Below are positions 1-12,352 of a stretch of DNA of 64,000 nt, one piece after another. Each line of letters starts with the position of its first letter. Within the stretch, counting starts at the first letter, position 1. This stretch comes from Mobula hypostoma (taxonomy: Eukaryota). Both the position numbers and the translations under genes were made by a program. The DNA is taken from assembly GCF_963921235.1 (NCBI RefSeq), contig NC_086098.1, positions 237,150,001 through 237,214,000 of the forward strand. The letters are read 5' to 3'. The notes under the pieces are model-generated. The model was not told where the DNA came from, searched no databases, and saw only the letters and a program-made list of their open reading frames with translations.

Positions 1-1965
1 TCTGCGTGCCAGTTAATTAGCTTTCTCAGCGGCTTGCTCTGTTCGGGGGTTAAGGGAGAGCCCTTATCAGCAAAGTTGGCCAAAACAATAGAATTGTCCC
101 ATCTGGTCGGCACCATACTTATCTTTTCAAAATGGGTTTTCCCCTTATCAGGTGGCACCCTAGCCTCATTAATTTTCGTGATAACACCGACTAGTCCTGC
201 TTCCTTATCGTGGTAAGTGGTCAACATATTAATAGGCTGTGTCGGCTCACGTCTACAATACTCAATAATATCGTCCCTCATGCTCGGCCAGTAGAACTCT
301 TTCATAATTCTATCGATTATCTTCCTTACCCCAAAATGTCCACCGAAGGGTATCTTGTGGGCCAGGTTAAAAATCTCATCCCCATAAATTTTCGGCAGTA
401 CCACCCCCCACTCCTCATCTGCGGCACGGTACTTGGTCTCCATTCCCTCATTAGTACTCCCTCCTTCATATAATAGCCCACTGGCTTCCTTTTTAATTCT
501 GCTTCGGAGAGAGCTGTCTCCGTCAAAACCATTAGCTCCTCGTCACGCTCCTGTGCCTGTATAAATTCCTTCCGCGCTAATGATAAATCTACCTCACTTC
601 CTTCCTCTCCACTATGCTCCTTCTTCTCACTTTCTAACCCCTCCTTGTACAAGGCCGTTAAAAACGTCTCAGCGAAATCTATATTCGTTTCGGTAGCCTT
701 TCTGGACATGCGCCGAGTCACTGCGCAAACGGGATAAATCTGTGAGTCTATGGGCAGGGCCTCAAGCCTGGCAGGTTTGCTTGTCAGTTTTACTGCTGGG
801 TACACCTCTCTATCGGCGAGGTCATTACCGAATAAGACCTCCACGTCTTCCATCGGTAGTTCGGGCCTCACCCCAATCGTGACCGGTCCGGAGACCAAGT
901 CGCTTTTTAGGTGTATCTGGTGCAAAGGTACTGCTTCAGTCCCTTTCCCAATTCCTTTTATCACACTGATCTCCCCAGTCCCGGTCTCTGAACTAAAGTC
1001 TAACACACTCCTTAAGATCAATGACTGACAAGCTCCAGTGTCTCTCCAGATCCGTACTGGAACTGGGTTTGACCCCTCCTTCACCGACACCAATCCGGCC
1101 GAAATAAACTTCTCGCGCCCTTCCTGAACTCTATCAGACCTCTTCTCCCCTGGCGGTTTTGTTTGCCGGCTCACTACAGCCAGTCGGAGTCGTCGTTTTT
1201 CCTTTCCCCGTCTCCTGCTTTGGGGCAAAGGACCTGGACGCAAAGTGACCGGCTTTCCCACAGTTATAGCATACGACCCCAGGAGACTTCCTACCAAACT
1301 GCTTCCTGTCTTCCTTATCCTTCTCACTAGTCCCCGGCTTACTTTCTGGCTTTTCCGGCGGACTATCTCCGTGCTCTCGACTACCCTTGTGGTAGCTTTT
1401 ACTCGGAGTAAACTTTGCTTTGTGTGCTAACGCGTACTCATCCGCTAACTTAGCAGTTGCGGCTAAGGTTTCTGCCTTTTTCTCATCTAGACAGGGCCTC
1501 ATACCTTCAGGGACACAACCTTTAAACTGCTCAATCAGTATTAGCTGTAGCAGTCTGTCATAATCCCCATTGATCCCTTTCGAGGCGCACCAACGCTCAC
1601 AATACATCTGCATCTCACGGGCAAACTCTAAATAGGTGCGGCCCCACTACTTCCTCACATTCCGGAACCTCTGCCGGTATGCCTCCGGGACCAACTCATA
1701 AATCCTGAGTATCACCTCTTTCACCACATCATACCTCTGGGCATCTTCTGCGGACAATGCCGAGGAAGCTTGCTGGGCTTTCCCTTTAAGTACGCTCTGA
1801 AGCAAAACAGCCCACTTATCCCTCAGCCAGTCCTGAATTGCAGCCACTTTTTCAAAATGTAGAAAGTACCGATCAACATTGGCTTCCTCAAATGGGGGAA
1901 CCAGCCGAACCTCCTGGGTCGCCCTGAACCCTGTACCTTGGTTCGGCATGGGGCCCTGTGCTAGC
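1..1965 (-). mobile_element. Decayed Ty3/Gypsy LTR retrotransposon internal region (SCAN-like gag, CCHC knuckle, protease, start of integrase; Gmr1-like order)
   Basis: Minus ORFs 1647-2114 (VPPFEEANVDRYFLHFEKVA...YELVPEAYRQRFR), 1134-1613 (CYNCGKAGHFASRS degenerate zinc knuckle), 326-1327 (IWRDTGACQSLI protease-like). Another frame below about 370 reads HKIPFGGHFGVRK...FYWPSMRDDIIEYC (integrase Zn-binding). Broken by frameshifts. Confidence 0.85.
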
Positions 1966-2760
1966 GTCATCCTTAACTTCTGCCACTTCTCAGCCCAATT
2001 TTTGTATGCTATCGATGTCCCACTGTAATATCTGACAGCCCTCCACACAATCCACAACACCCTCATCCTTTTTGTCATCAGCAAATTTATTAATCCATCC
2101 CTCCACTTCCTCATCCAGGTCAGTTATGAAAATCACGAAGAGAGGGGGTCCCAGAACAGATCCCTGAGGCACACTGCTGGTCAGTGACCCGCTCACAACA
2201 GCTCTTCGCCTTCTGTGAGCAAGCCAATTCTGGATCCACAAAGTAAGGTTCCCTTCGATGCAATGTCCCCTTACTTTCGCAATAAGCCTTGCATGAGTTA
2301 CCTTAACAGGTGTCTTGCTGAAATCCATATACAGTACATCTCCTGCTCTACCTTCATCAATGTGTTTAGTCACATCCTCAAATAATTCAATCAGGCTCGT
2401 AAGGCAGGACGTGCCTTTGACAAAGCCATGCACCTCCAAATGTTCACAAATCCTGCCTCTCAGGACATTTTCCATCAACTTCCCAACCACTGAAGTACGA
2501 CTCACTTCTCTATAATTTCCGAGGCTATCTCTACTCCCTTTCTTGCATAAGGGAACAACATCTGCAACCCTCCAATCCTACGGAAGCTGTCTCATCCCCA
2601 TTGATGATGCAAGCATCATTGTCAGAAGCTCAGCAATCTCGTCCCTCGCCTCCACAGTAGCCTGGGGTACATCTCATCCCGTCTCGGAGACTTATACAAC
2701 TTGATGCTTTAGAAAACCTCCAGAACATCCTCTTTCTTAATATCTATATGCTCGGGCTAT
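1966..2760 (-). mobile_element. CR1 LINE reverse transcriptase fragment
   Basis: ORF 1990-2505 with CR1 RT motifs (SCLTSLIELFEDVT, LYMDFSK, SVPQGSVLGPPLFVIFI, KFADD). Confidence 0.9.
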
Positions 2761-3089
2761 TAAATCCACTTTTATTCACCCTACGATCACCAAAATCTTT
2801 TTCCATAGTGAATACTGTACTAGAGCAAAGTGTTTATTAAGTATATGTGCTATATCCGCAGGTTACAGGAAGTTCAGGAAATCGAATCTGAACCTTCCCA
2901 ATCTTGATAACTCCGCGGTTTTCTTGCATCCATTCAGGTACTTGGAGGCGTTGAAAATATGTTGGAATTTGACTTCTAGTGTGTATTGATATTAGCAGCG
3001 CTTCGAAACAATCGATGCAGGCCCACGTTCAGCATCCGTGCTAAGCCTACTGCTCAACTCACTCAACACTTCTGCCTGAGAAGCGACAT

Positions 3090-3340
3090 GGATCCGCCCT
3101 AATTTGCTAACCGTTACAGCAGGACCACAACAGACGCCATTTCAGTGGCTCTTCATTCAACTCTGTAATATCTGGAGTGCGAAGGTACATACATCAGGAT
3201 GTTCTTCATTGAGTACAGCTTGGTATTCAATACTGTTCTCCCCGCAAAACTAGTAAATAGGCTTTAAGACACCTCCTTGTGTAATTGCATCCTTGATTTT
3301 CTCACTTGGAGACCACAGTCATTTGAATTGGCATCTCTTC
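3090..3340 (+). mobile_element. Rex1/Babar-like LINE RT fragment
   Basis: Degenerate coding for ...DAISVALHST...GTYIRMFFIEYSLVFNT, typical of Rex/Babar RT; boundaries approximate. Confidence 0.55.
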
Positions 3341-3344
3341 CAAA

Positions 3345-5830
3345 CTATCCACATATTTGTCCCCCTCCGTCCACACCTCAGTGAGGACCGTGCCCGCCAT
3401 GACGCTGAACTCTTCTTCCGTTGTCTACCTCTCTGAGCCTACTTCTTTGGCAAGGATTCCCCTCCCCCTACTGATGCCCCCTTCTACAGTCTTCCACCCT
3501 CCTCCTCCTCCTCCTGGACACCCCGCCCGGGCCTCCTAACTGCACTCGATCTTTTCATCTCCAACTTTCGTCGAGACATCAACCGTCTCAACTTCACCCC
3601 TCCTCTCTCCTGTTCTACCTCACTCTTTCTGAACGCATCGCCGTCCACGCACTCCGCACTAATCCCAACCTCACTATGAAACCCGCAGACAAAGGTGGTG
3701 CCGTAGTAATCTGGTTGACAGACCTCCACCTCACTGAGCCCAAACGGCAGCTCAGTGACACTTCCTCTTACTTATCCCTGGAATAGGACTCCACCAAAAA
3801 AAAATCAAACCATTGTCTCCCGTACCATCATGCCCTTATCAATTCCGGAGACCTTCCATCCTCAGCCACAAAACTCATAATTCCCACACACCGCACTGCT
3901 CGGTTTTACCTCCTCCCCAAGACCCACAAGCCTGACTGTCCCGTAGACCCATAGTTTCTGCCCGCTCCTGCCCCACCGAACTTGTATCTGCCTACCTGGA
4001 CACTATTTTGTCACCCATAGTTCAGTCCCTCCCCACCTACATCCGGGATATATCCCATGCCCTCCTCCTCTTCAATAACTTCCAGTTCCCCGGTCCCGAC
4101 CGCTTCATTTCACGATAGCTGTCCAATCCTTATACACTTTCATTCCCCATCAAGAAGGCCTCAAAGCCCTCCGCTACGTACTGGACAATGGACCTCACCA
4201 GTTCCCCACCACCACTACCCTCCTCCGGTTGGCGGAAGTGCTACTAACACTTAATAACTTCTCTTTTGGCTCTTCCCACTTTCTTCAGACCAAGGGTGTA
4301 GCTATGGGAACTCGCATGGGCCCCAGCTATGCCTGCCTCTTCGTTGGTTATGTGGAACAGTTAATGGCCCAAACCTATACTGGTACTGCTCCCCAACTTT
4401 TCCTTTGGTACATTGACGACTACATTGGTGCTGCTTCCTGGACCCATGTTGAGCTCGTCAATTTCATCGACTTTACTTCAAACTCCACCCAGCCCTCAAA
4501 TTCACTTTATCCATCTCGGACACTTCTTTCCCCTTTCTCGATCTCTCAGTCTCCATCTCTGGCGATAGACTGTCCACTGACACCTTCTACAAGCCCACTG
4601 ACTCTCATAACTACCTCAACTATACCGCTTCCCACCCCGCCACATGCAAAAATGCCATTCCCTATTCCCAGTTCCTCCGTCTCTGCCGCATCTGCTCCCA
4701 GGATGATGCTTTCCGTTCCAGAACATCTCAAATATCCTCTTTCTTTAAGGGTCGTGGTTTCCCTTCTGCCGTCATCAATGATGCTCTCACCCGCATCACC
4801 TCCATTTCCCGCACTTCGGCCCTCACCCCATCCTCCCGTAACCACAAGTTCCCCCTGTCCTCACCTATCACTCCACCAGCCTCCGGATCCAGCACATTAT
4901 CCTCCGCAACTTCCGCCACCATCAACAGGACCCCACCACTAAGCACGTCTTTCCCTCTCCACCCCTCTCCGCTTTCCGCAGGGATCGATCCCTCCGCGAC
5001 TCGCTGGTCCATCCGTCCCTCTCCACGGATCTCCCACCGGCACATATCCCTATAAGCGTTAAGTGCTACACCTGTCCGTACACCTCCTGTCTTGCTACCA
5101 TTCAAGGCCCTAAACAGTCCATCTGGATGAGGCAACACTTCACTTGTGAGTCTGTTGGGGTTATCTATTGCATCCGGTGCTCGCGGTGCGGCCTCCTCTA
5201 CATCGGTAAAACCCGACGCAGGCTGGGGGACCTCTTCGTCGAACCACAACAGACAGGATCTCCCGGTTGCCACCCACTTCAACTCTGCGTCACATTCCCA
5301 TTCGGCTATGTCTATATATGGCCTCCTCTACTGCCATGATGAGGCTAAACTCAGGTTGGAAGAGCAACACCTCATATACCGTCTGGGTAATCTCCAGCCC
5401 CTTTGTACGAACATTGAATTCTCCAACTTCCGGTAATTCCCTCCCCCTCCCTTCCCCCATCCCAGTTTCACGCTGTTCCATCCCCCAGCTGCCGATCACA
5501 TCGCTCAAGGTTCCGCCTCCTTCTACTACCCATTGTGCTTTCCTCTATTCCTTCTTCAGCTTTCCTGTCATCCCCTCCCTGCTTCCCATCGCCCACCCCA
5601 TTTTCTTTCCCCTTACTGTCTTTCACCTGGCACCTGCCAGCCTTCTCCTTCCCACCCTCCCTCACCTTCTTTATAGGGCCTCTGCCCCTTCCCTCTTCAG
5701 TCCTGTCGAAGGGTACTGGCCCGAAACGTTGACTGATCGTTTCCACGGATGCTGCCCGACCTGCGGAGTTCATCCAGCGTTTTGTGAGTGTTGCTTTGAC
5801 CTCAGCATCTGCAGAGTATTTTGTGTTTAC
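3345..5830 (+). mobile_element. Penelope-like element (RT + GIY-YIG endonuclease), frameshifted
   Basis: ORF 4229-4942 FLQTKGVAMGTRMGPSYACLFVG...WYIDD; ORFs 5127-5436 GVIYCIRCSRCGLLYIGKTRRRLGD and PVATHFNS...LEEQHLIYRLG; 3' end ggcccgaaacgttgactg...cagcatctgcag. Confidence 0.9.
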
Positions 5831-6559
5831 TCTTTAGCGCATGTTGTCTTTATTTGTTGATCCCCTTAAGCTTGTGGAACCTGCGCTGCGGTCATGGACA
5901 ATCACGCTCATTTCTCTATTTCTAGGAACGTTCTGACTATTCTAGTTGTGCTTAGCATTGTGGATATTTGGAGATTTACTTAACTATTGCTGTATAGCTC
6001 TAATTATTAACTGCTATTAAATGCTTTTGTGTAGTGACTTTAGAATGATACCAGCTGAAGATATTTTTATCATAAGGTATACCTCATTCATTTTCCAAAG
6101 TCTTTCAATTTACTCTTTTAGTTCAGAATATTTATGGAGTGTTTTGAATTTTACTTATTAATTTTTGTAAGTTATGTGTGTTTGAAATAATTTATTTTTG
6201 CTTGGTCATCCAGACGTATATTACGGACTGTCATATATCTGTAATAACCGATCAGTCATAATATAAGCTGTGGTAATCTGACACTAAAACTGAATCAGAT
6301 TTTTATTTTTCTATTTATAATAATAATAATAACAACAACAACAACAATAATAATATTAATTAAGATTATTATTTCTATTATCACTGCTGCTACTGCTATT
6401 ATCTTCTGTATTTGCAATTTGCTCTTTGTCCGTCCTGATGCGGTTTTACTTTGATTCTAATGTGTTTCTTGGATTTACTATGTGTACCCGCAAGAAAATG
6501 AATCTCAGGGTATATATGGTGAGATATACACACTTTGATAATACTTTACTTTGAAGTTT

Positions 6560-7215
6560 GAACTCTGTTTGCCTAGGTGCCTAGGTATAACAAACGGCAC
6601 CTATAAATTCGCCAATGGTCTCTACTTCTTCAGGAGTCGGCGGACCTTCGACAGGTCATCGAAAACATTGGCAAAACTCTATTGATATATGATAGGAAGT
6701 GTGTTTACTGGCTGTATTTGGTCTTGGTATGGGTTAACCAATTAATTTGAGAAGAAATTCCCACAAACCTTAATGAATTCGGCCTAAAAAATCACCCGTA
6801 AAACCCTCTCAACTATTCAGCATATCTACACGAAAAGTAGCATCCATCATGAAGGACCCCCACCATCCAGACCATGCTCTTCTTTCGCTACTGCCATCAA
6901 GTAGAAGATACAGGTGCCTTGTGACTCGCGCCACCAAGGACAAGAACAGTTACCATCTATCAACCATCAGGCTCTTGAACGAAAAAGGATAGCTACACTC
7001 AATTAAGGACGCCCTTATATTGTTACTTCATGCAGTTATTTATTGTTATTTATTTATATGTGTATTTGCACAGTTTGTTTACAGTTAACAGATCCTGAAC
7101 TTCGCAGTTCGCAGGTACTGTTCTATAGATTTGCTAAGTATGCCGCAGAAAAAGAAATCTCTGGGTTGTATGCGATGACATGTATGTACTCTCATAATAA
7201 ATTTTTACTTTGAAC
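6560..7215 (+). mobile_element. Rex/Babar-like LINE 3' end
   Basis: ...aaggacccccaccatccagaccatgctcttctttcgctactgccatcaagtagaagatacagg... followed by an AT-rich 3' UTR ending aataaatttttactttgaactttga; similar ends recur elsewhere in the window. Confidence 0.6.
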
Positions 7216-7789
7216 TTTGAGTTCTTTGAATTTTTTATTTCATGTAATTGATTTTATTCTGTTCTGAAACGCAAGCATATTTAAATATATTTATAATTGT
7301 GTTTCCAGTCGGAGTTATACTGCAGGAAAATGGGCCCCTTGACCCAACTGCGTATTGCAGACCACAGGACATTACCCGCTCGTCCCAGTTGCTCGCGTTC
7401 CGCACATAATCTTTTCAAGCGCGTTTGGATTGAAGCTGAGGTCGTAGTGTAACTGAATGTTCACATATGCATGTTGCGTCGACTGCTTTGTGATGCTCTC
7501 TATTGCCCAGAAACGTCTTGCGTATGGAGGGAGTCCAATAACGACTGATTCTTATGGGAATTCAAGTCAAGCACCGTCCCACAGCATCTCACGAAAGTTT
7601 CACAGTCCTCCCACCATCCAACCTATTTTATTAACGGCGGACATTAGCGGTTATAGCATGCATACAGCAACGAGATTGCTTCCACCCGCGACTCACACAC
7701 AGTCCTCTTGAGCGAAAAGCACTCGTCAAACATTAATAAACTCTGCATCTCTGGAAGGAACCAAATGCTCCACCAAAGCATGTCTATTA

Positions 7790-9480
7790 ACCACGTGAAC
7801 GTGTATAAACTTCAGTGGTATCTCTCTGTTCATTCCACAGCAGGTTTTGGTGAGATATATGACGTAAACAAGATCCCAACGATACTCACCATTCTTCCTT
7901 GTACTTACACTTGTGTCATTAAAAAGATCCTGGGGCAGTGCCAGTCTACACATGTTCCATCTGCCCATATCTGCAACTGATCTGTATTGCACTGTGCTAT
8001 CTCCCAGTCTTCACTATCCATAATTCCACCAATCTTGTTATCATCCCCAGGCTTACACACTTATTTATCTACATATTCATCTAAGTTATTTATATACAGT
8101 ATATGAGGAACGGCAGAGGTCCCAGCACACATCCACGCAGAATACTAATTACAGCCGTCCAGCTGGAATGACCCTTCAAGCACTACACTCTGTCGTCTAT
8201 GCTGACGCAGTTCTGAAGCTAAACAGCGAATTCACCGCGATCCCCATGCCTCTTAATCTTCTGGATTAGTCTAACATGAGGGTCAAACGCCATGTACACA
8301 CCATATGCCATACCCTCAGCAATCGCTCTCGTTGCTTTGTCATAAAAGTCCATCAAGTTGGTAAGACACAACCTGCCACACACAAAGCCATGCTCCCTAA
8401 CGAGGCCGCGTGTTTCTAAATGCTCATCTATCCGAGCCCGAAGAATTTTCTTCCAGAATTGACGTGAGACTAACCGGTCTATGATGCCCAGGAGTTTCCC
8501 TTATTCCTTTCTGAAATAGAGGTGAAACTTTAGCTATTCACCAGACTTCCGGGACTTGACCTGTGGCTAGAGACGATGATACTGGTCAAGGCCTCAGCAA
8601 TCTCGTCTCTTGCCTCCTTCAATAACCTGGCGTAAATCCCATCCAGCCCTGGGGTCTTATCTAATTTAGTACTAATTAGGGGGCCGAGCACTTACTCTTC
8701 CTTGACCTCAAAGCGCCCTAACACATTTATACTCTCAGTACTGATCTCCTGGTCCTCCATATCCTTTCCCTTGGTAAACACAGAAGCAAAGTACTCCTTA
8801 AGTACCTCATTCACATTCTCTGCATTCGTCCAAATATTCCCCCCTTTATCATAGAACAGTACCACCTTCCTTCTATTTATCATCTTTTACTTGATGACTG
8901 CATAGGATGCCTTGGGGTCCACCTTAATCTTACTTGGCAAAAACTTTTCATGGCTCCTCCTGGCATACCTAATTCCCTTCTTTCGTTCTTTTCTAGCTTC
9001 TTTATACTCCTTATGTGCTTTGTTTGATCGCACTTAGAAATATTATATACTTTTAATTTTCCTTCTCGACTAAAGTCATCGCCTCTCTGGACATCCAAGG
9101 TTCTCTTATCTGTCCATAACCGTCCTTTTTTCTAACAGGAACATTCCTTTCCTGTGTTCTGTGCACTCTCTAAACACTCTCTACATGTCTGATGTGGACT
9201 TGCCAGAGTTTCCAATTAAATCTCCTTTGTTCCTACCTTATGCTCTGGAAATATGCACAACCAGTTCATGAATCTTCCACATCACTTATATATAGCTATC
9301 CTGAAAGTTATGTTCACTGTTCCCTGGCTACTCATCCAATGGAAGTTCATTAACCTGGGCAGATTCATTCTCAACATGTCGTTGGACCTTCCAGAAACTC
9401 ATTTAAGAAACGTACCTGAATACTCTTAACAAATTCTGCCCTACATAGACCCCTTGCACCAAGAAGATTCCAGTTTAAAT
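7790..9480 (-). mobile_element. CR1 LINE fragments
   Basis: Minus ORF 8692-8883 (NEVLKEYFASVFTK) and flanking degenerate RT sequence. Confidence 0.75.
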
Positions 9481-10529
9481 AAGGGGAGTTGAAATCCGCC
9501 ATGACACAATGTGCTCATAGGAGAAGGTCCAGAGGAGGTTTCCAAGCAATGTAAGGGTTAACATTTGAGAAATATTTGACTGCTCTAGGCCTACAGACGC
9601 GGTAGTTTAGAAGAATGGGGGGGGGGGGGTCATATCATTGAAAACCATTGAGTGTAGAAAGCCCTAGATAGAATAGACGTCGCGCGGGTGTTTCGGATGG
9701 TGTGGGAGTTTAGGAGTTTAGGACCTACCTGAAAATGTAAGGACATCCATTTGGAACGGAGGTGGGAGGGAATTTCTTTAGCAGCAGGGTGGTGTTTATT
9801 GCCACAGCTTCTATGAAGACCAAGTTATTTGGTGTTTTTACAGTGAAGGTTGATACGTTCTTGAATAGTGAAGGCGACAAAGGTTACGAGAGAGGGCAGG
9901 AGAATGTGACTGTGGAACAATTCATCAGTCATGACAGTTCAAAATATGAGATTATCTCAGTGAAAGTCGAGCTATAATAGGAGATTCCAAACAGATTCGT
10001 GTTTCGGGGACAGATGTTGACTCCAACAGGGTGAGGGATCAAAAATCTGATACATTTCGACTGTAAAGGTGTGGAAGTGGATCTTCAGAATTACGGTTCA
10101 GAATTTAAAAGAGAAACGTGTACATCTTTTGTTAACTCAGGATTTTAGGATGTGAAATATCCCAAGGTAACGTTGTTGTCCAGTGTGCTGAACGCATTGT
10201 GGTGGAAGTAAGCAATCAATAAATATAAATATAATATATATTACATACAACAAGGCCTTAGGTTGTGGGAACTGTTCAATGATTGGGCGAGAAAACGTGT
10301 ATGTCGGTATCCCCACCGGTTCAACAGCCTGATGGCTGAGTTGTAATAACTGTTTCTCAAATTCACGGTGTGGATCCTAAGGTAATTCCTTCTTCCTGAT
10401 GGCAACAGTGAGAATAGAGCATGGTCTGGGTGATGGAGAGAGTTTTGCCCGTGATGACAGGCTTTTAGTAGGCTTCCGCACTGAAGGGCAATGGTGATTG
10501 CTTACCATGCCTTGAACCACCTAGTCAAT

Positions 10530-10815
10530 ATCGGCATACGTTAGTCTCATGAGACCATGGATTTGGGCATTGGAAGGTATCCAGGGCGCAGGCCTGGGCA
10601 AGGTTGTATGGAAGATCGGTAGTTATCATTGCTACTAGTCTCCCCTCTCCACGCCACCGAAGTTGTCCAAGGGAAGGGCATTAGGACCCATACAGCTTGG
10701 CACCGGTGTCGTCGCAGATCAATGTGTGGTTAAGTGCCTTGCTCAAGGACACACACGCTGCCTCAGCCAAAACTCGAACTAGCCAACTTCAAATCACTAG
10801 ACGAACACCTTAACA
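10530..10815. mobile_element. SINE-like interspersed repeat
   Basis: Contains the core ggttaagtgccttgctcaaggacac that I recognise from fish/shark SINEs; family not determined. Confidence 0.5.
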
Positions 10816-11539
10816 GTTTTCTCTTCGTCGAGGAACTCAGAGAATCTAAACCTTCATATGGACATAATGCCAAGTCACGGTGAAACAAAGCCGACAGTAT
10901 AACACTCCCTCGTGGTAGTTAGAGTACCACAAAAAGGCAGTGAGAATATTGATCTCTTTCCTACAGAGAGGTTTGGAAATGAAGAGCAGAGGTGCAGGAC
11001 AGCGAAGAATTGGGGAATGCGGTGATGGCGGATAGGCGAGCAAAGACGAAGAGGCCAGCATAGGACACAGAGATCAGTATTCTGCAGGAAAGGAGGGGTA
11101 GGATATTTCAGTGGATTTGAGTGTAATTCTATGTGAGTCGACTTTGAGATGGCACGGTACACGGTAGCAAACTCTCGACGTACTGCGGACAGCCGAGTAA
11201 AGACAGAGGACGATAAACCCAACAGCAGTTGCTTTTCTATTACCAGCTGTGTTTATCACAAAATCCAATCACAACACGGTCACCTTCTACACGGAGATCT
11301 AACCATTTTATGCACAGTGGAATTTCAGACACAGCGCAGTAGTTACAATTCTACAGAGAAGTACTCGTCGCGAAAGACAATCATCGCGTGACTTTCCAAA
11401 CTTATTATACGGTTGTTTGTTCCCATTAAAAATATTACTGCACAATTACATTGCACAAGGTCGCTGCACAGTCCAAGTGAGGGTTTCATTGCATTAAGCA
11501 GGAGCTAACAATCCGACTGCGCTACCAGACGCCGCGGCC

Positions 11540-11868
11540 TTACTGCGCACAAGCCGACGAAGAGATGGTGTTCCGCAAAGGCGAGCTCAGCGAGCTGTGG
11601 CTAACACTGCAGGCATATCTTGAACCTTTTTTCCAGGCATCGGCGGGTACTCGCAGGTAACTGCTCAGCCTATAGGTCTGGTCGGTGTCTGCAGACACGG
11701 CGCCTGTGGTCACCCCGCTCTCAGTCTCGACTCCATCCACGCTCCAGCGCAGCGCTACCAAGCCCGGCTTAAAACCACTCACCAGACAGGAGAGAGTGGC
11801 CGAGCCCGTGCCGGTCTCCTCCGGGGAGGGAGGGAGCAGGAGAATGGAAGGTCTCCGGGACTCGCTGC
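11540..11868 (-). CDS. Ig light chain constant exon, sigma-cart (type I / NS5-like)
   Basis: Acceptor ctctcacacag|GC at 11868 (phase 1). Encodes (S)SESRRPSILLLPPSPEETGTGSATLSCLVSGFKPGLVALRWSVDG...YACSVSHSSLSSPLRNTISSSACAQ*: C1-set Cys/Trp/Cys and a C-terminal Cys for H-L bonding. Confidence 0.95.
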
Positions 11869-11940
11869 CTGTGTGAGAGAGATTAGACGGATGCGAATAG
11901 AAGAATATTAATGTTAGGAATGACTGAAACTCGGGATTAC

Positions 11941-12352
11941 ATAGAAACATAGAAACATAGAAAATAGGTGCAGGAGTAGGTCATTCGGCCCTTCGAGCCT
12001 GCACCGCCATTTATTATGATCATGGCTGATCATCCAACTCAGAACCCTGCACCAGCCTTCCCTCCATATCCCCTGATCCCCGTAGCCACAAGGGCCATAT
12101 CTAACTCCCTCTTAAATACAGCCAATGAACCGGCCTCAACTGTTTCCTGTGGCAGAGAATTCCACAGATTCACCACTCTCTGCGTGAAGAAGTTTTTCCG
12201 AATCGCAGTCCTAAAAGGCTTCCCCTTTATCCTCAAACTGTGACCCCTCGTTCTGGACTTCCCCAACATCGGGAACAATCTTCCTGCATCTAGCCTGTCC
12301 AATCCCTTTAGGATTTTATACGTTTCAATCAGATCCCCCCTCAAACTTCTAA
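11941..12352 (-). mobile_element. Well-preserved CR1 3' end with (ATAGAAAC)n tail inside the IgL J-C intron
   Basis: ORF 12039-12389 LRGDLIETYKILKGLDRLDAGRLFP...FFTQRVVNLWNSLPQ; octamer-repeat tail at 11941-11962. Confidence 0.9.

Noticed and set aside
11313-11319. CACAGTG heptamer downstream of the IgL C exon (also CACTGTG at 17280 and 51913)
   Set aside because: No matching nonamer at either spacing; expected by chance.
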